A DNA stretch of 45,284 bases from Candidatus Micrarchaeota archaeon. Its GTDB lineage: Archaea > Micrarchaeota > Micrarchaeia > Burarchaeales > Fermentimicrarchaeaceae. The DNA lies in contig JAPLWT010000030.1 in NCBI GenBank assembly GCA_026396455.1, positions 1 to 45,284 of the forward strand, in the 5' to 3' direction. Shown here one piece after another: positions 17,336 through 26,180 of this stretch (its first letter is position 1; each line of letters starts with the position of its first letter). The notes beneath the pieces are model-generated. The model was not told the origin of the DNA. It was given only the letters and a program-made list of their open reading frames with translations, and ran no database searches. The translations under genes were made by a program, and so were the position numbers.

Positions 17336-18010
17336 ATGGTTAGGTTAGAGATAAAGAAAAAAGTTATCTTGTTATACACAGCTGCACTGCTAGTGATAGG
17401 TCTTGCGCTTTTCCTGCCTGCGGGCACGCTGGACTACTGGCAGGCGTGGGTGTACATGGCCATCCTGTTCGTGCCAATGCTGTTTGTAGGCCTGTATTTC
17501 CTGAAGAACGACCCGGAGTTTTTGGAGCGAAGGTTTAAACTGAAGGAGAAGGAGGCGAAGCAGGACCTCATCCAGAAGGTCGGGATACCCATTTTCATAA
17601 TCGGCTTCTTGCTTCCTGGGCTTGACCACCGCTTCGGGTGGTCGAACACGCCATTTGGATTTGTATTCGCGGCAGATGTTATAGTCTTCTTGGGCTATGC
17701 GTTGATTTTCCTCGTCTTCAGGGAGAACAGCTACGCTGGGCGGACAGTTCGGGTTGAAAAGGGGCAGAAGGTCATATCCACCGGCCCCTACTCTGTCATC
17801 AGGCACCCCATGTATTTCGGCACGATTTTCCTGTACCTCGCCACCCCAATAGCGCTAGGCTCATATGTTGCCGTGCTTCCTTTTCTGCTTCTCGTCCCGA
17901 TACTTGTCTTCCGCATACTGAATGAGGAGGAAGTGCTAAGGCGCGAGCTGCCGGGCTACAAGGAATATTGCAAAAAAGTGAGATACAGGCTGATTCCGTT
18001 TGTTTGGTGA
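17336..18010 (+). CDS. isoprenylcysteine carboxyl methyltransferase (ICMT/PEMT) family membrane protein
   Basis: Polytopic membrane protein with the signature GPYSVIRHPMYFG. ATG at 17336; the track starts at TTG 17309. Confidence 0.8.
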   Translation: MVRLEIKKKVILLYTAALLVIGLALFLPAGTLDYWQAWVYMAILFVPMLFVGLYFLKNDPEFLERRFKLKEKEAKQDLIQKVGIPIFIIGFLLPGLDHRFGWSNTPFGFVFAADVIVFLGYALIFLVFRENSYAGRTVRVEKGQKVISTGPYSVIRHPMYFGTIFLYLATPIALGSYVAVLPFLLLVPILVFRILNEEEVLRRELPGYKEYCKKVRYRLIPFVW

Positions 18011-18079
18011 GCTCTGACGCCGCATCGGTTCAAGTTCAGCTTATCTCTTTTAGTTAAACCTGCTTTGGAACATACGAAT

Positions 18080-18361
18080 TCATCCATATGTAACTGAGAA
18101 GGAGCTGAACTCCCCCTTGAAATCATCCCATGAATGCTCAATCCTATCAACCTTGGCGGTTGGAGGCCCTTTCCTGCACCAGTTGAGCAGCGCCTCAAGA
18201 GCTTCCCTCTCACCTTCTGCAAGTATCTCAACCGAGCCGTCCCTCCTGTTCCTCACCCAGCCTCTTATGCCTAGGCTGAAAGCTTTCTGCTCTGCGCCGG
18301 ACCTGAAGAAGACTCCCTGGACAATTCCGTAGACCTCAATATGCAGCCTGGCTTTTGCCAT
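18080..18361 (-). CDS. acyP: acylphosphatase
   Basis: 93 aa with VYGIVQGVFFR and GWVRNRRDGSVE motifs. Confidence 0.9.
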   Translation of the reverse strand: MAKARLHIEVYGIVQGVFFRSGAEQKAFSLGIRGWVRNRRDGSVEILAEGEREALEALLNWCRKGPPTAKVDRIEHSWDDFKGEFSSFSVTYG

Positions 18362-18426
18362 GCTTTTTATATCATGCCAGATGTTTTATATTTCTTACGC
18401 GAGAATGCTATTTGGGAGGGATTTTT

Positions 18427-19470
18427 ATGAAAGGTGAGATGAAGGCTATTATGAAGAAGAAGCCAGGTCTTGGAGCGGAGCTGGTGACTGTTCCCATACC
18501 GAAAATAGGCCCGAGGGATATATTGGTGAAGGTTAAGGCAACCTCCATCTGCGGAACCGATTCGCACATATACGAATGGAATGCGTGGGCGCAGAGGAGG
18601 ATAAAGCCGCCTAGGATAATGGGGCATGAGTTCGGGGGAGAGGTTGTAGAGGCAGGAAAGGATGTCACTTTTGTTTCAATTGGTGATCATGTCTCTGCTG
18701 AGACGCATATAGTGTGCAACAAGTGCTTCCAATGCAGGACTGGTCAGGCGCATGTATGCCAGAATGTCAAGATACTTGGAGTGGACACGGACGGTTGCTT
18801 CGCGGAATACGTCGCAATCCCGGAGGAGAATGCATGGGTGAACGACAAGAAGCTCCCTCCGGAAATAGCTGCTATACAGGAGCCTTTTGGGAATGCTGTG
18901 CACACTGTCTTTACGGAGGGCGTTGCCGGCAAGACTGTCGCGGTTTTCGGGCTTGGCCCAATCGGGATATGCGCTGTTGCCATATGCAAGGCAGCAGGAG
19001 CGGCACATGTGTTTGCGATTGGGAGGAAGAACGAGTACAGGCTGAACCTTGCAAAGAAGATGGGCGCGGACACTGTGATAAAGTCGAACGAGCAGGATGT
19101 CGTGAAGCTGGTGAAGGAGGCAACCGGCGGCTCCGGGGTGGATGTGTCCCTGGAGATGGCGGGCTCCCAGGAGGCGATAAGCCAGTGCTTCAAGGTGCTG
19201 AAGTTCGGTGGGAGGGTTTCGCTGCTTGGTCTGCCGCCGGATAAGATAACGCTGGACTGGGCTGATGACATAGTTTTCAAGGCAGCGAGGATTTACGGAA
19301 TAGCAGGAAGGAGGATGTACGGCACGTGGTACACCACTGCTGGCTTGCTTAAATCAGGCAGGGTGAATGTTGAGCCGATAATCACGCACAAATTCAAGCT
19401 CGAGGAGTTTGAGAAAGGAATGCAGCTTATGCATGAAGGAAAATGCGGAAAGGTAGTTTTATATCCATAG
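18427..19470 (+). CDS. tdh: L-threonine 3-dehydrogenase (Zn-dependent MDR family)
   Basis: CGTDSH, GHEFGGEVVEAG, structural-Zn Cys cluster CNKCFQCRTGQAHVC and GLGPIG Rossmann motif, followed by kbl. ATG at 18427 follows GGGAGG; the track's upstream extension overlaps acyP. Confidence 0.88.
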   Translation: MKGEMKAIMKKKPGLGAELVTVPIPKIGPRDILVKVKATSICGTDSHIYEWNAWAQRRIKPPRIMGHEFGGEVVEAGKDVTFVSIGDHVSAETHIVCNKCFQCRTGQAHVCQNVKILGVDTDGCFAEYVAIPEENAWVNDKKLPPEIAAIQEPFGNAVHTVFTEGVAGKTVAVFGLGPIGICAVAICKAAGAAHVFAIGRKNEYRLNLAKKMGADTVIKSNEQDVVKLVKEATGGSGVDVSLEMAGSQEAISQCFKVLKFGGRVSLLGLPPDKITLDWADDIVFKAARIYGIAGRRMYGTWYTTAGLLKSGRVNVEPIITHKFKLEEFEKGMQLMHEGKCGKVVLYP

Positions 19471-19483
19471 TGGAGGTGTGTTT

Positions 19484-20659
19484 ATGGGAAGCAGACTTGG
19501 TTTCATAACGACGGAAATTGAGGGTATGAAGAGCAAGGGTCTTTTCAAAGTTCCACCCATACTGGGAAGCCCACAGGGAGCAAGGGCGGTTGTGAACGGC
19601 AAGGAGGTTATTAACCTCTCATCGAACAGCTACCTTCAGCTCACAACCAACAAAAAAATGAAGAAGGCGGCAATCGAGGCAATAAGGAAATACGGAGTTG
19701 GGACAGGAGCTGTAAGGCAGATAATTGGAACAATGGGCATACACGAGGACCTTGAGAAGAAAGTTGCGCAGTTCAAGGGGGCAGAAGCAGTGCTCGTGTT
19801 CTCATCAGGAGTTGCGGCCAACAGCGGGACGATTCCTACCCTTGTTGGAGAGGGCGACCTGATAATAAGCGATGAGCTGAACCACGGAAGCATAATTGAC
19901 GGATGCAGGCTCACCAAGGCAGAGAGAAAAATCTACCCGCACTTGGATATGACGGGACTTGAGAATGTGCTTAAGGAGAGCAAGCACAGGAGGAAGCTCA
20001 TCATCACTGATGGAGTGTTCAGCATGGACGGGGATATTGCCCCGATGGACAGGATAGTGGAACTGGCAGAGAAATATGACGCGATGACATACGTGGATGA
20101 CGCCCATGGCGAGGGAGTTCTTGGGAAGAACGGCAGGGGGATAGTGGACCACTTCAACCTGCATGGGAGGGTTGATGTTGAGATGGGAACATTCTCCAAG
20201 GCATTCGGGTGCATGGGAGGCTATATTGCCGGAACAAACGATTTGAGGAGCTACTTGATACAGAGGGCCAGGTCATTCCTTTTCAGCACGTCACACCCGC
20301 CAGCCACAGTGGCTGCAATAAGCGCTGCGATAGATGTTGCGCTGGAGCAACCACAGCTTTTTGACAAGCTCTGGAGCAACACCAAGTACTTCAGGAAGAA
20401 GCTTCAGAAGCTAGGGTTCAACACGGGCAACAGCCAGACGCCGATAATACCAGTCATAACAGGTGAGAGCTCTCTAGCGCAGCAGCTCTCTGCGAAGCTG
20501 TTCGAGAAGGGAGTGTATGTGAACCCTATACTGTACCCGATGGTTGCAATGGACAAGGCAAGGGTCAGGAACATAGTGACCGCAGGGCACAAGAGGAAGG
20601 ACTTGGATTATGCGATAGGGGCATTCGAGGAAGTCGGCAAGGAGCTGAAGCTGATATAG
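19484..20659 (+). CDS. kbl: 2-amino-3-ketobutyrate CoA ligase (glycine C-acetyltransferase)
   Basis: Alpha-oxoamine synthase family: DDAHG and FSKAFGCMGGY (PLP lysine). Immediately downstream of tdh. ATG at 19484 follows GGAGGTG. Confidence 0.88.
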   Translation: MGSRLGFITTEIEGMKSKGLFKVPPILGSPQGARAVVNGKEVINLSSNSYLQLTTNKKMKKAAIEAIRKYGVGTGAVRQIIGTMGIHEDLEKKVAQFKGAEAVLVFSSGVAANSGTIPTLVGEGDLIISDELNHGSIIDGCRLTKAERKIYPHLDMTGLENVLKESKHRRKLIITDGVFSMDGDIAPMDRIVELAEKYDAMTYVDDAHGEGVLGKNGRGIVDHFNLHGRVDVEMGTFSKAFGCMGGYIAGTNDLRSYLIQRARSFLFSTSHPPATVAAISAAIDVALEQPQLFDKLWSNTKYFRKKLQKLGFNTGNSQTPIIPVITGESSLAQQLSAKLFEKGVYVNPILYPMVAMDKARVRNIVTAGHKRKDLDYAIGAFEEVGKELKLI

Positions 20660-20699
20660 TTTAGAAATAGTTATAAGGCTCCATTGAGCAAAATATATC

Positions 20700-21629
20700 A
20701 TGAACGGGGCATTGAGAGAGATTAAGCAATCTCCACCTGCGGAGAAACCAAACGTATTTCTAGAGGGGATAGCAAGCAGAGTTAGGCAGCTCCCTCCTTC
20801 CGAGCTCGAGAGAATTGGGGAAGATAGGCCCGAGTCTGTCCGCGAGCGTGTTAGAGAAAAAATCAAGAATAAGTTTCCACCCAACCTTTCTTTTGAGATA
20901 AACGGAAGAATCTACGGGATAACCTACAACGAAGGTGTCAGGCCACTCGACTTAACAGTGATTAAGGCATTTATCTACCAGTTGGATGTTGCAGCAAGTA
21001 GGTTTCCCACTATTGAAGGATGCGACCCTTACACGTATAGTGGTAAACAGCTTCCTATATTCGTAGATAAGGGAAGCCTAGGATATTTCCAGTTCTACAA
21101 TAGTTTTCAAATAAGAATTGGCAGAGATGATATTGAGGAACTGGCTAAGTTTCCGAAAGACTATAAGGACATCTCCATGCTAATTCAGAGCGGTGCTTTT
21201 CACGAATACATACACATGCTTCAGGTTGACCTGTGCCTGAATAAGATGATGCCGAGAGGGTCTGCAAGCGAACTCGTAAGCCAACTTGGCGAGTTTTTGT
21301 ATAACCCGAAGGAGAATAAACTGGTGAATGATAATTTTAAAGGATACGTCGAAGGATTTAGGAAGGGCGAAAAAATTGGTGAGCACGGCAGTGATTGGAT
21401 TACAATGACGAAGATATTGCTCTGGGAGTACAGACAGCTAACTCCGAGCTTTTCAATTCCTGAATCTCGTGAAGCACAAATAGACCTCATTTCCAAACTG
21501 GATTCGTTGTATGCAGACATGCCTCAAAAACAAAGGGACGAAATTATAAAAAAATATGTGGTATTAAGCCACGACGAAATAGAAAAACGCTCGGCAGCTT
21601 GTTCAAAAGAATTAAATCTTAAATTTTAG
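20700..21629 (+). CDS. hypothetical protein with HExxH motif (putative zinc metallopeptidase)
   Basis: 309 aa with no signal peptide or TM helix. AFHEYIHMLQ, with Glu residues about 20-27 aa downstream (SELVSQLGE). No family recognised. Confidence 0.55.
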   Translation: MNGALREIKQSPPAEKPNVFLEGIASRVRQLPPSELERIGEDRPESVRERVREKIKNKFPPNLSFEINGRIYGITYNEGVRPLDLTVIKAFIYQLDVAASRFPTIEGCDPYTYSGKQLPIFVDKGSLGYFQFYNSFQIRIGRDDIEELAKFPKDYKDISMLIQSGAFHEYIHMLQVDLCLNKMMPRGSASELVSQLGEFLYNPKENKLVNDNFKGYVEGFRKGEKIGEHGSDWITMTKILLWEYRQLTPSFSIPESREAQIDLISKLDSLYADMPQKQRDEIIKKYVVLSHDEIEKRSAACSKELNLKF

Positions 21630-21690
21630 CTAATTCAAAAGGTATTTATAAGAATCTTGGCATATAGTATGTCCAGTTGAAGGGGTAGCT

Positions 21691-23112
21691 ATGGTTGAGG
21701 AAGGAGAATACAGCGAGGAGGATGCAGAGAGCTACTACAAGACGGGTAATGAGTACTACGAGAAGGGCAACTTCGACCTCGCGGTGGAGTACTACAACAA
21801 GGCAATAAGAGCAGACCCCATGTTTGACAAGGCGTATTACAACAGGGGGCTGGCCTATGCCTGCAAGGAGGAGTATGACAAGGCTATTGACGATATAAAC
21901 AAGATGATTGAGCTGAAGCCGAATTTTGCTGAAGCATACTATATTCTGGGGCTGGCTTATGAGTACAAGAACATGCCCGACAACGCTATCGAGAACTACG
22001 ACAAGGCGCTGGAGCTCAACCCGGATTTCAAGGATGCCCAGAATAGATTGGAGCTGGCAAAGGGCAAGAAGGAGAAGGCGAAGCAGGTTACCACAACGGA
22101 GCCTGGCACCCTCATGAAAGTTGAGTTCATAGAGAAGCCAGATATGAACTTCAATGACGTTGCGGGAATGGAGCATGCTAAGGAGACCATAAATGAGCAG
22201 ATAGTCTACCCGTTCAAGAACCCCCAGCTGGCTAAGAAGTATGGAAAGAGCGCCGGGGGAGGCCTATTGTTCTACGGCCCTCCAGGATGCGGTAAAACCT
22301 TCATGGCAAAGGCAACTGCCGGCCAGTGCGACCTGAAATTCATACACGCCAGGATAAACGAAATTGTCGACATGTATGCCGGGAATACTGAGAAGAACCT
22401 GCACAGGGTTTTTGAGACTGCAAGAAAAAATGCTCCTGCCGTGGTCTTCTTTGACGAGATGGAGGCTATGGGAGGCAAGAGGGAGGGGGATATGCAGGGA
22501 TTCCAGAAAATGGCAATCAACCAGTTCCTTGCGGAGATGGACGGGCTTGAGAGCACCACTGAGAACATTCTGGTGATAGGAGCGACAAACGCCCCCTGGG
22601 ATGTGGATCCTGCCCTCAAGAGGTCCGGAAGGTTCGGCAAAACGATATATGTCGGGCTTCCTGACAAGAAGTCTAGGGAGGCGCTGTTCAAGCTTTACTC
22701 TAAGGACAGGCCTGTCAAGGGGATATGGTGGGGCAGGCTTGCCCGAGCCACCGAGGGGTATTCAAGCGCGGACATAAAGCAGCTTTGCGAGGATGCCGCG
22801 ACAATACCTTGGAAGGAAGCATATCAGGGTAAAAAGGAGAGGCCGATTGCGATGAAGGACTTCATGAAAGCGATAAGGAAGAGGAAATCCACCCTTCCAG
22901 AGTGGTTCGGCACTGTCAGGAAGCAGCTCGTTGGGAAGAAGGAGAAGGTTGTGCAGGATGGAAAAGAGCACTGGGTTGAGCACGAGAGCAAGCTTTCGCC
23001 TGAGGAGAGGCAACTTTACAAGGACTTGGTAAAGGATGTCCGCCAGTATACCGAATGGAAGTACAAAGTTCCGAGAATGATAAAGACTGAATTCGCCAGG
23101 TGGGTTTTCTAG
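21691..23112 (+). CDS. TPR-repeat / classical AAA+ ATPase fusion
   Basis: Three 34-aa TPRs (AESYYKTGNEYY.., DKAYYNRGLAYA.., AEAYYILGLAYE..). Walker A GPPGCGKT, Walker B VVFFDEME and an SRH region ATNAPWDVDPALKRSGRFG. Confidence 0.85.
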   Translation: MVEEGEYSEEDAESYYKTGNEYYEKGNFDLAVEYYNKAIRADPMFDKAYYNRGLAYACKEEYDKAIDDINKMIELKPNFAEAYYILGLAYEYKNMPDNAIENYDKALELNPDFKDAQNRLELAKGKKEKAKQVTTTEPGTLMKVEFIEKPDMNFNDVAGMEHAKETINEQIVYPFKNPQLAKKYGKSAGGGLLFYGPPGCGKTFMAKATAGQCDLKFIHARINEIVDMYAGNTEKNLHRVFETARKNAPAVVFFDEMEAMGGKREGDMQGFQKMAINQFLAEMDGLESTTENILVIGATNAPWDVDPALKRSGRFGKTIYVGLPDKKSREALFKLYSKDRPVKGIWWGRLARATEGYSSADIKQLCEDAATIPWKEAYQGKKERPIAMKDFMKAIRKRKSTLPEWFGTVRKQLVGKKEKVVQDGKEHWVEHESKLSPEERQLYKDLVKDVRQYTEWKYKVPRMIKTEFARWVF

Positions 23113-24080
23113 CTTATCCTGTCTATTACCTTAACTGCTCCTTTTATGCCAAGCAAGTCAACCATCACGTTCATGGAGCGTGTCAGGAGGGCAAAGGCAA
23201 CGCTTTCGTATGGGGGAACACCGAACAGGTAGAGCACTGCGGCAGCGCCTCCCTCTGACAGGCCCATTCCGGCAAGCGTTGGGGCTGGTATAAACTGGAG
23301 CATTGTTATAAGCGGTTGGAGGAAGGCGAAGAAAATAATTTCTGGCAGCTGGGAATTCACCTGCATGCCAACGCTCTTCGCAACAAGCAGCCATTCCAGC
23401 GATTTCAATGCCCAGGTTATGGCGAGGAGCACAGCTATCTGGGGGATGAATTTCCTCACGGTTCTTGAGTTTCTCTGCATGTCTGAAAGAAGGGAGTGGG
23501 CATGATCGCCGTAGGGAAACATCCTTATGAAGGAGATGCTCTTGACAAACTTGCTTGAGAAAAGCAACAGCGCCATGAGCACTACCATTGCTAAGAAGAT
23601 ACCGAACCCTACTATCATTCCGACGAACTTCATCTCGCCCCCGGTTTTGTATGAGATGAGTTCCAGTATGTACCACATTGCAATCGCCCCTGCTATGCAT
23701 TTGAAGGCGAATTCGAACAGCTGTGGACCGAATATGGAAAGCATTGATTTGTGCAGTTTTATTTTTGAGTTGGCGGTTATGAGGAATGCGGTTGCGAAGT
23801 AGCCTGTCCTGCCAGGAGTGAAATCCGAGGCGAGCATCCCCGACAGGCCGGCCTCAGTGGAATCGGCCAGGCTTATCTTCTCGTTTAAATCATTGAGGAG
23901 CATTCTTATCCTGAACCCCATGAGAATGTTGATTGCAAGGTAGACCAGCATGGAGGCGAATAGGTAGAATAGGTTGACCCTCCATATTATTGCCAAAACC
24001 TTATCAAAATCCGAGAGGTATAGGACAACAGCAATGGCAAGCAGAGAGACGAGAATTTGAATTATGGTTGATTTCTTCAT
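23109..24080 (-). CDS. UPF0104 (LPG-synthase-TM / flippase-like) family membrane protein
   Basis: Polytopic protein with an N-terminal pattern typical of UPF0104. C-terminal PAPTLAGMGLSEGGAAAVL..ALLTRSMN resembles the family's P-G-G-x-G-x-E ... R motif. Confidence 0.6.
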   Translation of the reverse strand: MKKSTIIQILVSLLAIAVVLYLSDFDKVLAIIWRVNLFYLFASMLVYLAINILMGFRIRMLLNDLNEKISLADSTEAGLSGMLASDFTPGRTGYFATAFLITANSKIKLHKSMLSIFGPQLFEFAFKCIAGAIAMWYILELISYKTGGEMKFVGMIVGFGIFLAMVVLMALLLFSSKFVKSISFIRMFPYGDHAHSLLSDMQRNSRTVRKFIPQIAVLLAITWALKSLEWLLVAKSVGMQVNSQLPEIIFFAFLQPLITMLQFIPAPTLAGMGLSEGGAAAVLYLFGVPPYESVAFALLTRSMNVMVDLLGIKGAVKVIDRIS

Positions 24081-24161
24081 GTTGCACCGGTGGATAGCTT
24101 TAAGGTCTTCTCATTTTTTAAACTTTACAGTCATTAACCTATTGGAGGTGCTGGGGTAATC

Positions 24162-25142
24162 ATGAGTGGGGAGATAGTGCAGAATCTAGAGCTTCTTTTC
24201 AAGAAATTCGTTAAGAAAGCTAGAATCCGCACCGATTGGGGAATTCTCGCAAGAACAGAGAGGTATCTTGCACCCTATGTGAATGTTCTAAGGAGCGAAC
24301 TTAGTGCCTCAGAGTGGACTGTCCTGATAGCACTCTCTTCAATGATGGGTTTCATCATCCTGCTGCTTCCCGCGTATGCGCTTACCGAATCACCTGAACT
24401 CGCGCTTCTGTTCTCGTTTATGGGTGCAATATTCATCGGTTATGTCTTCATAACAATACCAACAATGCTGGCGTTCATGAAAGTGGAGAGGATGGAGAGG
24501 GCAATGCCCATGTTTCTTTCCCACTTGACTGCAGTCTACGCTGATAGGAAGAATATGAGGGATGCTCTGCTCAGCGTCATGCCCATGAATTACGGCCCGC
24601 TTTCCTATGAACTGAGGGAATCAATCTCCAATTTTGAGGTGAGCGGGAATCCTATAACCGCCTTCAGGAGATTGAGGGAGACGATAAAATCCAGAAGGAT
24701 AAACAGGGCTTTTGACCTTATAATCAAATCGATAGAGGGCGGAGTGAATGTTTCGGAGTCCCTCGGCATACTGACGAATAACATAACATCTGACTTGGAG
24801 GCGGAGGCAGAGAAGAGCAGCAGGATAGGGATGTCAACTTGGATGATTTTCCTCTCATCATCGTTCTTCTACCCGCTCTTCGCTGGAGTGGGCTACAACA
24901 TCACCTTGATATTGGAGGGGCTGATGGGTGCGCCTCTCTACTCCAGTATAGAGAAACAATTCCTGTTATTCAGCTTGCTCATGTACATGCTGATGGGAAC
25001 TGCGCTTGATTCGATGTTCATAGGGCAGGCCAGATATGGCTCGTTTAGGAGAGGATTGGTGATAGTCTTCCCATTGATGTTGCTCATGGCTTGCGTTGTT
25101 TTCATTATTTCGATGAAACTTACTGGAATATTTGTGGGGTGA
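24162..25142 (+). CDS. half-size T2SSF-domain (TadB/C, FlaJ, PilC-like) pilus assembly platform protein
   Basis: A single T2SSF-like segment (MPMFLSHLTAVYADRKNMRDALLSV..GPLSYELRES..GNPITAFRRLRE..RRINRAFDLIIKSIEGGVNVSESLGILTN) flanked by TM helices. GGAGGTG SD. Confidence 0.65.
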   Translation: MSGEIVQNLELLFKKFVKKARIRTDWGILARTERYLAPYVNVLRSELSASEWTVLIALSSMMGFIILLLPAYALTESPELALLFSFMGAIFIGYVFITIPTMLAFMKVERMERAMPMFLSHLTAVYADRKNMRDALLSVMPMNYGPLSYELRESISNFEVSGNPITAFRRLRETIKSRRINRAFDLIIKSIEGGVNVSESLGILTNNITSDLEAEAEKSSRIGMSTWMIFLSSSFFYPLFAGVGYNITLILEGLMGAPLYSSIEKQFLLFSLLMYMLMGTALDSMFIGQARYGSFRRGLVIVFPLMLLMACVVFIISMKLTGIFVG

Positions 25143-25146
25143 GTGT

Positions 25147-25425
25147 ATGGCGTGCATATCGATTGAACTTGCAGTGGCGATGTTGTTCTTCGCTGGAGCG
25201 ATGATACTCTTCAGGGAATACCAGAACATGAAGACGCTGAACGTTCTGAAGAATGAGAGCGACGACTTGAGGGATGCAATATACGCACTGCAGAAGGAGG
25301 AGAAGAACTTCAGGGAGAAGGATTTCAGGAAGCTGCTGGGCGACTTCAACAGGCTCAAGGAAAGGGCTGATGAAGCGGAAAATGAAAATATAAGGCTGAA
25401 GAAGAGCTTAGGAAACAGAAAATGA
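25147..25425 (+). CDS. pilin-like N-terminal helix fused to a charged coiled coil (hypothetical pilus accessory protein)
   Basis: MACISIELAVAMLFFAGAMILF resembles the mature N-termini of the neighbouring pilins (QISIELYASIAAV). An approximately 65-aa K/E/R-rich heptad segment follows. GGGGTGA SD lies 4 nt before the ATG. Confidence 0.5.
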   Translation: MACISIELAVAMLFFAGAMILFREYQNMKTLNVLKNESDDLRDAIYALQKEEKNFREKDFRKLLGDFNRLKERADEAENENIRLKKSLGNRK

Positions 25426-25752
25426 AGTGCTTAACCCGCTGCTGGGGTCGGTCACGTTTACCATTATAGGGTAGCTTGAGGAATCCATGGAGACCTTCAG
25501 CCCATAGCTGTTTGAGAGCGAGTCTGCTATCGAGGTAGCCCACTGCACCCTTCCCTTTTCATCAACATGCCTGTAACTCCTTGTTATTATATTCCTCGCA
25601 ATCGCTATTCTGTCCGAATGTATCTCGGCAGACACCATGGAGCGGTAGTTCTTGCTGGCTATGTACTGCGAGTGCGAGCTAAGCAGGAATACGAAACCCA
25701 GCATGAAGACTGAGAGCACAAGCAGGCCTGCAAATCCTCTTCTCATCGCCAT
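25408..25752 (-). CDS. prepilin-like protein (class III signal peptide-like N-terminus)
   Basis: MAMRRG-FAGLLVLSVFMLGFVFLL: basic residues, Gly, then a hydrophobic helix. Last gene of the overlapping pilin operon. Confidence 0.55.
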   Translation of the reverse strand: MAMRRGFAGLLVLSVFMLGFVFLLSSHSQYIASKNYRSMVSAEIHSDRIAIARNIITRSYRHVDEKGRVQWATSIADSLSNSYGLKVSMDSSSYPIMVNVTDPSSGLSTSFSVS

Positions 25753-26180
25753 AAGCTCACCCGGATAAGCCTGCTGTCAGCCCCTCCTTTCAGCGGAATT
25801 ATTACTGGGAACTGTTCCTTGTGCGTAAGCGGTGCGCTGCTTATCTGGACCGAGAATGAAGTGGAGCCTTCTATATCCACGTCAATCCTGCTCACCCCCA
25901 GCAGCTTGCCGTAGTTGTACAGCCTCAGACTCAGCGAATTGATCTCCCCTCCCGAGAGGTATCCCTTGAATTCAAGCCCCCGGGCTATTGTTGAGTATAT
26001 CATCTCATCCTCATAGAAGGCATTCACAATGTCATAGCCCGCCCTCTCCAGAGCCAGATCGCCCGTCTCGTGCCTGTCCTGCGGCCATGCTGCAAACAGC
26101 GAATAGGAAAGAATGATTGCAAGGAATAGGGAGAGCACGCCGTCTATTATCATTATCTGGGCTTTCTTAAGACTCGGCAT
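25743..26180 (-). CDS. prepilin-like protein (class III signal peptide)
   Basis: MPSLKKA-QIMIIDGVLSLFLAIIL. 14-nt overlap with the upstream gene and 10-nt overlap with the downstream gene. Confidence 0.6.
   Translation of the reverse strand: MPSLKKAQIMIIDGVLSLFLAIILSYSLFAAWPQDRHETGDLALERAGYDIVNAFYEDEMIYSTIARGLEFKGYLSGGEINSLSLRLYNYGKLLGVSRIDVDIEGSTSFSVQISSAPLTHKEQFPVIIPLKGGADSRLIRVSLWR

Noticed and set aside
18355-18426. A 24-codon N-terminal extension of tdh that overlaps the divergent acyP start.
   Set aside because: The extension has no SD and an odd composition. The ATG at 18427 follows GGGAGG at proper spacing, and TDH homologs start near MKA.
21691-23112. The TPR-AAA ATPase as the missing pilus assembly ATPase.
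   Set aside because: It is a classical-clade AAA protein (SRH, Vps4/Cdc48-like). It is not a PilB/FlaI/VirB11-type secretion ATPase, lacks the Asp and His boxes, and is separated from the pilus genes by an unrelated membrane protein.
23109-24080. The polytopic membrane protein as a prepilin peptidase or second platform protein.
   Set aside because: The sequence pattern fits UPF0104/LPG-synthase-TM. It has no paired catalytic Asp motifs (GxGD-type) and no T2SSF-like segment.
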